From: Methanopyrus kandleri AV19
GTDB taxonomy: Archaea; JAADCQ01; Methanopyri; Methanopyrales; Methanopyraceae
NCBI RefSeq assembly: GCF_000007185.1
Contig: NC_003551.1
Span: forward strand, 990,001-1,022,000
Length of the DNA: 32,000 bases
Direction of reading: 5' to 3'
Shown: one piece after another, positions 25,406 to 32,000 of the stretch
How the letters are laid out: every line of letters begins with the position of its first letter
Position numbering within the stretch: the stretch's first letter is position 1
Notes under the pieces: generated by a model
What the model was told of the DNA's origin: nothing
The model's input: only the letters and a program-made list of their open reading frames with translations
The model's database searches: none
Program-made: the position numbers and the translations under genes

Positions 25406-26936
25406 GATCGTCCGGCAGGCTCTCATCTACGCCTGCGAGGAGATGGGGGCCCTGCTCCGCCGTAGCGCCTTCTCCCCGAACATCCGCGAGCGGGAGGATT
25501 TCTCCTGCGCGATCTACGACGCGGACGGTGAGCTGATAGCCCAGGCGGAGCACATTCCGGTGCATCTCGGATCGATGAGGTGGGCCGTACAGGCCGTCCT
25601 CGATGAGTTCGGGTCCTCCGAGATGGAACCGGGAGACGCCTTCCTGCTCAACGACCCGTACGCCGGAGGTACCCATCTCCCCGATCTCACCGTCGTCGCT
25701 CCCGCGTTCCACGACGATGAGCTCGTGGCGTTCGCCGCAGTTCGTGCGCACCACGCCGACGTAGGTGGGAAGGTCCCAGGGAGCATGCCTCACGACGCCG
25801 AGGACGTGTACTCGGAGGGGCTCCGGATTCCCCCGATCAAGGTCGCCGAGGACGGTGAGCCCCGAGACGACGTGCTACGCCTCCTCGAGGCGAACTCCCG
25901 GGGCGGTGAGGAGCGGCGGTACGACCTCACCGCTCAGATCGCCGCGGCGTTCCGAGGATGCCGCCAGGTGAGGAGGATCATCGACGAGCACGGACGGGAA
26001 GCCTGGGAGAGGGCCTGCGAGTGGTGTAAGGACTACGCCGAGCGTCGCATGCGCGTGGCCATCGAGCGGATCCCCGACGGCGAGTACAGCGGGGAGGATT
26101 ACCTGGAGGGCGACGGGATCTCGGAGGACCCCGTGCGTATCTCCGTGACCGTGCGCGTGGAGGGGGACGAGGTGACCGTCGACTTCACCGGGACCGACGA
26201 GCAGACTCGGGGTCCCGTGAACGCGCCTCTGCCGGTCACGTACTCCGCGGTCTTCTTCGCCCTCAAGGCGGCCCTGGACCCGGAGACACCCGTTTCAGAG
26301 GGGACGTACAGGCCTATCGAGGTGATCGCGCCACGCGGAACGGTGGTCAACCCCGAGCCGCCGGCCCCGGTATGCGCGGGCAACGTGGAGACTTCCCAAC
26401 GGATCGTCGATGCCATCCTGGATGCACTACGTGAGGCGATCCCTAGCCTACCGGCCCACTCGCACGGCTCCATGAACAACGTGGCCATCGGCGGGGTCGG
26501 ATTCGCGTACTACGAGACCGTGGGCGGTGGGGCCGGCGCATCCCCGGACTGTGACGGGGAGAGCGCCGTGCACGTGTACATGACCAACACCGCGAACACT
26601 CCGGTCGAGCACGTGGAGCGCGAGTATCCGATCCGGATCCTCGAGCATACCGTCCGGCGTGGGAGTGGGGGCGAGGGTAAGTACCGCGGCGGCGACGGTA
26701 TCATCAAGCGATACCTCGCCCTGGAGCGCTGTCGTGTGACCGTGATAGGCGACCGGACCATGCACCCGCCGCGCGGCGTCGACGGAGGGAAACCGGGGAA
26801 GACCTCCGAGTACGAAGTCGAGCGATCGAACGGGAAGGTAGAGAGGCTAGGTCCGAAGGACTCGACCGTGCTCGAACCCGGTGACATGTTGATCGTGCGC
26901 ACCGCTGGCGGTGGAGGTTACGGAAAGGGGGAGTGA
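25395..26936 (+). CDS. hyuB: N-methylhydantoinase B / acetone carboxylase alpha family protein
   Basis: 513 aa; [104 protein letters not shown]. Confidence 0.93.
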   Translation: MKHEIVRQALIYACEEMGALLRRSAFSPNIREREDFSCAIYDADGELIAQAEHIPVHLGSMRWAVQAVLDEFGSSEMEPGDAFLLNDPYAGGTHLPDLTVVAPAFHDDELVAFAAVRAHHADVGGKVPGSMPHDAEDVYSEGLRIPPIKVAEDGEPRDDVLRLLEANSRGGEERRYDLTAQIAAAFRGCRQVRRIIDEHGREAWERACEWCKDYAERRMRVAIERIPDGEYSGEDYLEGDGISEDPVRISVTVRVEGDEVTVDFTGTDEQTRGPVNAPLPVTYSAVFFALKAALDPETPVSEGTYRPIEVIAPRGTVVNPEPPAPVCAGNVETSQRIVDAILDALREAIPSLPAHSHGSMNNVAIGGVGFAYYETVGGGAGASPDCDGESAVHVYMTNTANTPVEHVEREYPIRILEHTVRRGSGGEGKYRGGDGIIKRYLALERCRVTVIGDRTMHPPRGVDGGKPGKTSEYEVERSNGKVERLGPKDSTVLEPGDMLIVRTAGGGGYGKGE

Positions 26937-26943
26937 ACGGGGA

Positions 26944-27231
26944 ATGGAGATCTCGGAGTTTCAGCGTCTGATGGACGAGCTGTACGGGGAGAAGGATCGG
27001 AAGCGCGGTCCCGAACGGACGTTGCTATGGCTCGTGGAGGAAGTCGGCGAGCTGGCGGAAGCCGTGCGTAAGAACGATCGACAGGCGGTGCGTGAGGAGC
27101 TGGCGGACGTGGTGGCGTGGACGTTCTCGCTGGCCAACGTCCTCGGTATCGACGTGGAAGAGGTGTTGAAGGAGAAGTACCCGGGCCGGTGTCCCAAGTG
27201 CGGTGAGATACCGTGTCGTTGCAACGAGTGA
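26944..27231 (+). CDS. mazG: MazG-like nucleotide pyrophosphohydrolase with C-terminal Cys motif
   Basis: MEISEFQRLMDELYGEKDRKRGPERTLLWLVEEVGELAEAVRKNDRQAVREELADVVAWTFSLANVLGIDVEEVLKEKYPGRCPKCGEIPCRCNE; start at ATG 26944 rather than 26911. Confidence 0.88.
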   Translation: MEISEFQRLMDELYGEKDRKRGPERTLLWLVEEVGELAEAVRKNDRQAVREELADVVAWTFSLANVLGIDVEEVLKEKYPGRCPKCGEIPCRCNE

Positions 27232-28340
27232 AGGACGGTGTGCTGACTGCCGAGGCGGGACTCGTCGGCAGGGACCTGGAGTTACTGTCCCCGATAACGA
27301 TCGAGATCGAGGACGGTAGGGTACGACGGATCGAGGAGGGACGTGAACCCGGTGCGGACGACGACTTCGACGTCGTTCTGCCCGCACCGTTCAACGCACA
27401 CGTCCACGCCGCTGACTGGGCGTTCCGACACGCCGGCCTCGGAATGCCGCTCGAGAAGGTCGTCGCCCCGCCCGACGGCCTGAAACACCGGCTGCTCGAG
27501 AAGGTCGGGGAGCGGGAGCTCGAGGTCTCGATCCGGGACTTCCTCGAGACCTCGCTGAGCTTCGGATGTCCTGGAGTCGCCGATTTCCGGGAGGGTGGCG
27601 TCGAGGGTCTGAAGCTGGGCCTCAGGGCAGCCGAAGGCTTCCCGACCTACGTCCCGATGGGCCGGCCGAAGGCGCTCGACGACCCCGAGAGGGTCGAGGA
27701 GGAACTCCGGGTCCTGTCGGAGCTGACGGAGTTCGTCGGGATCCCCGACGTACACCTGCCGGACGACGTGTTGGAGGCCGTGAGGGATTCCGGTCTCCGG
27801 GTGTACGTGCATGCGAACGAGAACTGGCGGTCCGTCCGCGAGTGCGTCCGCGAACACGGCGCCACCGAGATCGAACGGGCAGTGGACCTGCTCGAACCGG
27901 AGGGGATCGTTCACTGCGTGGTCCTCACGGACCGCGACCGTGAGCTGCTGGAGGAGCTGGATCCCGTCGTGATACTCTGTCCCAGGTCGAACGACTACTA
28001 CCGGCTCGGGAACCCGGATCCCAGACGACTTCGGGGTCTCCGGGTGCTCCTGGGGACCGACAACGGAATGTCCGTGGAGCCGGATCCGTGGGCGGAGGCT
28101 TACCACGCGTGGATCCGTACGGGCCTCTCGCCGCTCGGGGCGCTTCGGGCGCTGACAGTCGAAGCCGCGTCCGTCTTCGACCTGCCGATATTGGAGGAAG
28201 GGCGGCGACTCTCGGCGGTTGGGTTAAAGGGCCTCCCGCTCCCGGAAACCGTGCTCGGGTCCAGACAGCGTCTGGCCGCCCACGTCCTCCAGTTGATCAA
28301 AACGTCGAGGGTTCACGTGCTGTTGGGGGCCGAGAGTTGA
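27228..28340 (+). CDS. Amidohydrolase family (cytosine deaminase/chlorohydrolase-like) protein
   Basis: VVLPAPFNAHVHAADWAF (metal HxH), VYVHANEN, GIVHCVVL, LCPRSNDYYRLGNPD, LLGTDNGMS. GTG 27228 overlaps the mazG stop (GTGA). Confidence 0.85.
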   Translation: MKDGVLTAEAGLVGRDLELLSPITIEIEDGRVRRIEEGREPGADDDFDVVLPAPFNAHVHAADWAFRHAGLGMPLEKVVAPPDGLKHRLLEKVGERELEVSIRDFLETSLSFGCPGVADFREGGVEGLKLGLRAAEGFPTYVPMGRPKALDDPERVEEELRVLSELTEFVGIPDVHLPDDVLEAVRDSGLRVYVHANENWRSVRECVREHGATEIERAVDLLEPEGIVHCVVLTDRDRELLEELDPVVILCPRSNDYYRLGNPDPRRLRGLRVLLGTDNGMSVEPDPWAEAYHAWIRTGLSPLGALRALTVEAASVFDLPILEEGRRLSAVGLKGLPLPETVLGSRQRLAAHVLQLIKTSRVHVLLGAES

Positions 28341-28726
28341 CCCGGTACGTCGTGCTCCTCGACGGATCCGAGGCGTCTTTCGAGGCGTTGGAGCACGCGC
28401 TGGAAGAGGCGGACGAGGTGATAGGGGTCTACTTGATCGACTGTCGGGCATTCAAGGGGCTGAACGAAGACATGGCGAGGGCGCTGGAGGAGTTCATGCG
28501 GCAGGAGGCGGAGCTGATCCGGGAGACCGTCGAGAAGCGCGGTGCGGAGTTCGAGATCGTGCGAGGTGAGGGTCCCGAGGCCGTGATGGAGTACGCCCGG
28601 GAGGTGGGCGCGGACGCCGTGGTGGTAGGCGTGGGTCACATCCCCAGGTTCGAGGATATAACGTTCCGACGGGGGATCGAGGGGCACGTGAGGGACGTTC
28701 CCGTGGTTCTGGTGCCTTCACGTTAA
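28337..28726 (+). CDS. Universal stress protein (UspA) family
   Basis: RYVVLLDGSEASFEALEHALEEADEVIGVYLID...GPEAVMEYAREVGADAVVVGVGHIP...GHVRDVPVVLVPSR. TTG 28337 overlaps the upstream stop (TTGA). Confidence 0.85.
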   Translation: MTRYVVLLDGSEASFEALEHALEEADEVIGVYLIDCRAFKGLNEDMARALEEFMRQEAELIRETVEKRGAEFEIVRGEGPEAVMEYAREVGADAVVVGVGHIPRFEDITFRRGIEGHVRDVPVVLVPSR

Positions 28727-30319
28727 ATCCTTACCCATGTACGGGCCGACGCGCTCGTACCCGAGCTTCCGGTAGTACTCGCGCGTCCCGATGGCACTGA
28801 TCACGATGATCTTGTCCGCATCCAGCTCGCTGGCGGCGAGCTCCTCCGCCTTCCTCATCAGCCGCTCGCCGAGGCCCCGATGTTGGACGGCGTCCGTGTC
28901 CCGCTCGCCGATCGGCACCGTCGGTCCGACGACCTTCAGCTCGCGCACGATGGCCGTCTCGGGATCGATCTCCGGTCTGTGGGCCAGCTCCGTGGGCTTC
29001 CTGAGCCTCAGATAACCGAGTATAGCGTCCGCCTCCGGATCCTCGTACGCCAGGAAGTAGTCCATGCCCCCCTTCCACGTACGCTCTTTGATGATCCTGA
29101 GCTCGGCTCGCCCCGGATCCACCTCAACACCTTGGCGCATCCTGTGACCCGCCTCCCGACAGCGGATACACCGACACTCCCAGCCTTTCTCCTCCAGGTA
29201 ATCGTGGACGAGCTGGCGTAGGTTCGTCTTCCGGATGCCGGCGGCGGCCAAGTGGGCCGGGATGTCCCGCTGAACCCGCATGATGCGGCAGTACTCCGGT
29301 ACGTAGCGGTGTTTCGCCTCGGCGATGACTTTCACCGCGGTTTCCTCGTCGTATGGCTCGTACTCGCCACGTTTCCACGCGTCGTATAGGGGCGTATCCT
29401 CGAAGACCATACACGGGTAGATCTTCAGCATATCCGGCTTGAACCGCGGGTCCTTGAACAGTCGCTTTAACATCCTGAGGTCGCGTTCGGGGTTCGAGCC
29501 CGGGAGACCGGGCATGATGTGGTAACACACTTTCAGACCGGCGTCCTTGAGGATACGTGTCGCCTCGACGGTATCCTTCACGGTGTGACCGCGGTCCACG
29601 CGCTTCAGTATGAAGTCGTAGATCGTCTGGACTCCCACTTCAACCCTGGTGGCGCCCAGCTTGAGCATGTGGTCCACATGCTCCTCCTTGCAGTAGTCGG
29701 GCCGCGTTTCGAAGGTGATTCCCACGGGTCGGCGTTCCGAAGTTTCCGCGTACTTCTGCGCCTCCTCGATCGTGAGCGCGTCCTTCCCGGTCATCGCGTT
29801 CAGACACTCCCGCACGAACCACTCCTGGTAACACAACGGTGTCGCGGGGAACGTACCCCCCATCACGATCAGCTCGATCTTGTCGGTGGGGTGACCCGAG
29901 ATCTCCAGCTGCCGTATGCGCGCCTCGACCTGCTTCCGTGGGTGGAACTCGTGCTCCTTAGCCCGACGGCCGGCCGGCTCCTTACCCGTGTAGCTCTGTG
30001 GTACGCCCTTCTCGGGACCACCCGGGCAGTACGCACAACGGCCATGTGGACACGGATAGGGCTTCGTCATCACCGCGACGACGGCCACGCCCGAGATCGA
30101 TCGGACGGGTTTCTTCACGACGATCTCTCGGAGTTTCTCGCGCTCCTCCGGGGTTGCGCGTTCCAGGACGTCCGCGTCCGTGGGGAACTTCGAAAGACCG
30201 TATTTCCTGCAGACCTCGCGCTTGGCCTCCTGTAGCTCGCCTTTAGTTCGGATCTCACCCGACAGCATCTTCTCCACGAGTTCGCGGCACGCCATGTCGA
30301 AGGCGTCGGCCTCGGACAC
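28718..30319 (-). CDS. elp3: Elp3-family tRNA carboxymethyluridine synthase (radical SAM + GNAT)
   Basis: KPYPCPHGRCAYCPGGPEKGVPQSYTG, LIVMGGTFPATP, ITFETRPDYC, TRVEVGVQTIYDFILKRVDRGH, MPGLPGSNPERDL; C-terminal GNAT QHRGLGERLMRKAEELA...REYYRKLGYERVGPYMGK. ORF opens at 30367; GTG 30319 (or nearby) is preferred. Confidence 0.93.
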   Translation of the reverse strand: MSEADAFDMACRELVEKMLSGEIRTKGELQEAKREVCRKYGLSKFPTDADVLERATPEEREKLREIVVKKPVRSISGVAVVAVMTKPYPCPHGRCAYCPGGPEKGVPQSYTGKEPAGRRAKEHEFHPRKQVEARIRQLEISGHPTDKIELIVMGGTFPATPLCYQEWFVRECLNAMTGKDALTIEEAQKYAETSERRPVGITFETRPDYCKEEHVDHMLKLGATRVEVGVQTIYDFILKRVDRGHTVKDTVEATRILKDAGLKVCYHIMPGLPGSNPERDLRMLKRLFKDPRFKPDMLKIYPCMVFEDTPLYDAWKRGEYEPYDEETAVKVIAEAKHRYVPEYCRIMRVQRDIPAHLAAAGIRKTNLRQLVHDYLEEKGWECRCIRCREAGHRMRQGVEVDPGRAELRIIKERTWKGGMDYFLAYEDPEADAILGYLRLRKPTELAHRPEIDPETAIVRELKVVGPTVPIGERDTDAVQHRGLGERLMRKAEELAASELDADKIIVISAIGTREYYRKLGYERVGPYMGKDLT

Positions 30320-30436
30320 ATCTCTCACCCCCGTACGGTTCTCCGGTACCGTGGGGGCGCAACACATTTAATCGATCGTCGGGAGGGTACAGCTGGCGCC
30401 GGATGGAACTGGTGAAATCCGGCGTTTGTGGGGATC

Positions 30437-30514
<78 letters not shown>

Positions 30515-30555
30515 GTTCGATTCGTTATGGATTTTATAACGTTCATCGGGGCGGT

Positions 30556-30599
30556 GGAGCGCGGCTCCGGTTAAGGTTGTGTGGGCTTCCGCGCGCTCC
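30556..30599 (+). other. Possible structured RNA/leader hairpin (8 bp outer stem GGAGCGCG / CGCGCTCC)
   Basis: Inverted complement 30556-30563 with 30592-30599, ~20 nt downstream of a TATA-like 'gattttataac' in an otherwise unexplained intergenic region. Confidence 0.3.
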
Positions 30600-30722
30600 C
30601 CCGAGACGATGGTGCCTACCCCACCCGACCAGGAATATCCTCGACAGCACCCGATGCGCCCGCTGTCTATATCGTGATTTCGACGATGACCGAAGATCGG
30701 ACTCCATCGGGGGTCAGGGGAG

Positions 30723-31256
30723 TTGCCTAAGATCCCCGTCGGCTTAGGGTACAAGCTGGCGTACAAGGGCGCCAAATTGGGGCTTTGGAAGTGGGGAACC
30801 ACGGCGAAGACGGGGTTCTTCTCACTGATACTCCACTCCCTGATCTTCGGCCCCCTGGGTGTGGCGATCGTCATCGCCACGCTCTTCCACGAGTTAGGTC
30901 ACTACCTGGCGTGCAAACTGCTCGACGTTCCCGCGTCCCCGCCGGTGTTCCTCCCCCTCGGAGGCGCGTTCGTTCAGCACGGGTGGACGGATCCGGATAA
31001 AGAGGTGTTCATCGCGGCGGCGGGACCCTTCGGTGGGGCTCTAGCAGGAATCCCGCTCCTGGTAATCTATCCGAAAGCGGCCGTGTGGAACGGGCTGATA
31101 CAGCTGTTTAACCTGCTTCCCATACCGCCTCTGGACGGGAGTAAGGTACTGCGTGGGCTCTGGATGCCCAGTCCGACCGCGTGGATCGGCGTGGCGACGG
31201 CGGTACTCGCCGCAGCCCTCTCGCTGGTCGGTATCCTCATGGGTTTGCACGCGTAG
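30723..31256 (+). CDS. M50 family (site-2 protease-like) membrane metalloprotease
   Basis: TLFHELGHYLACKLL (HExxH), GPFGGALAG, LFNLLPIPPLDGSKVLRGL; multiple hydrophobic segments. TTG start. Confidence 0.88.
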   Translation: MPKIPVGLGYKLAYKGAKLGLWKWGTTAKTGFFSLILHSLIFGPLGVAIVIATLFHELGHYLACKLLDVPASPPVFLPLGGAFVQHGWTDPDKEVFIAAAGPFGGALAGIPLLVIYPKAAVWNGLIQLFNLLPIPPLDGSKVLRGLWMPSPTAWIGVATAVLAAALSLVGILMGLHA

Positions 31257-31421
31257 CGTTAATCCACCTGGACTAACCGACCCATTCGAGGATACGTCCC
31301 GGTACGGTTCGGATCTTCACCGTTCCCTCGATCGCACGTCGACCCGACATCCAGCCCGGAGGGACCCCCTCACGTTCGTCACGGTGCCGTCCAGAACCCC
31401 GCTCGGTATCTCCACGAGGTG

Positions 31422-32000
31422 TTACGAGGAGGGCATTTCGAGCCGCCCACGTCCACAGAGGACGTCCGCGAGCGCCATCCTGGCCAGACCACGGGCCAGG
31501 TTCTCGACGGCCAGCTCGTCACGCACCCTGGCTATCTCCCGTAACCGTTCTACCAGCTCCGAGGCCGTACGCCTGGGTGAGTCCGAGTTCCGGTACCGCT
31601 TCGCGTAAGGGCATTCGGGTTCCACCTTCGGGAGACCCAGTCGGGACGTCACCTCGTGATACACGCGGGCTGTGCGAAGCTCGCTCACCACGTACAGCGG
31701 TCGTAGTAGTAGCGCGTCGTCCTCCTCCAGTAGATCCGCCGGCGGGAAGGTACCGGCGTCCCGCCTTCGGTTCACGCTCATCAGGAGGGTCTCGATCGCG
31801 TCCTCGGCAGTATGACCGTAGACCACCACGTCATGTCGCTCCGCGAGGATTCTACGCCTGATCGCCGAGCAGATCTTGCACGGGGGCTTGTTCAGCTCCT
31901 CCGATGGCTCGGCCACGTCTTCCTCGGCGCGGACCAGCTCGAACTCGTATCCCAGGGCCTTCGCCATTCGATCGAGCTCCTTCCGGTAAGGCCGCCAGAC
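31422..32000 (-). CDS. TtcA/Ncs6-like tRNA thiolation (PP-loop ATPase) protein, 5' end beyond the window
   Basis: NKPPCKICSAIRRRILAERHDVVVYGHTAEDAIETLLMSVNRRRDAGTFPPA...RPLYVVSELRTARVYHEV...PECPYAKRYRNSDSPRRTASELVERL; frame open to the window edge (VWRPYRKELDRMAK...). PP-loop itself lies outside. Confidence 0.8.
   Translation of the reverse strand, partial: VWRPYRKELDRMAKALGYEFELVRAEEDVAEPSEELNKPPCKICSAIRRRILAERHDVVVYGHTAEDAIETLLMSVNRRRDAGTFPPADLLEEDDALLLRPLYVVSELRTARVYHEVTSRLGLPKVEPECPYAKRYRNSDSPRRTASELVERLREIARVRDELAVENLARGLARMALADVLCGRGRLEMPSS

Noticed and set aside
25765-25971. Small alternative-frame ORFs within hyuB and its neighbours
   Set aside because: Arg/Pro/Ser-rich out-of-frame readings of GC-rich genes; no start-context or homology support.
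31257-31421. Possible small minus-strand ORF (MSGRRAIEGTVKIRTVPGRILEWVG or VEIPSGVLDGTVTNVRGSLRAG...)
   Set aside because: Very short, two competing frames, no recognisable motif; not enough support to call a gene.

Overview
This window looks like a gene-dense chromosomal segment of a hyperthermophilic methanogen. High GC, acidic proteins, archaeal PCNA/RadA/PolB and tetrapyrrole genes make Methanopyrus kandleri the most likely source (inference; not database-checked). No CRISPR array, rRNA or transposon is visible. Replication/repair genes present are PCNA, RadA, an Lhr-type helicase and family B DNA polymerase with a C-terminal PIP box. Other genes are signal peptidase I, RNase Z, CbiT-like and CbiL-like corrin enzymes, an HhH-containing radical SAM protein, a Mur-ligase/HyuB/MazG/amidohydrolase/Usp operon, Elp3, tRNA-Thr(GGT), an M50 protease and a partial TtcA-like gene. 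The two most interesting regions are: (1) 14.8-23.1 kb, a cluster of three apparently exported proteins, each ending in a C-terminal hydrophobic anchor: a giant CobN-like chelatase subunit, an alpha/alpha-barrel (terpenoid-cyclase/transcobalamin-like) protein, and a divergent CbiX-like chelatase. This suggests an undescribed cell-surface tetrapyrrole/corrinoid handling system; two of the three genes carry apparent frameshifts or stops. (2) 4.07-5.52 kb, a solitary CARF/HEPN (Csm6/Csx1-like) candidate ribonuclease, with no CRISPR locus in view, coupled to RNase Z. Other notes: three apparent frame disruptions, an in-frame UGA, very tight convergent gene ends, a truncated enolase-superfamily-like gene, and a T8 tRNA.
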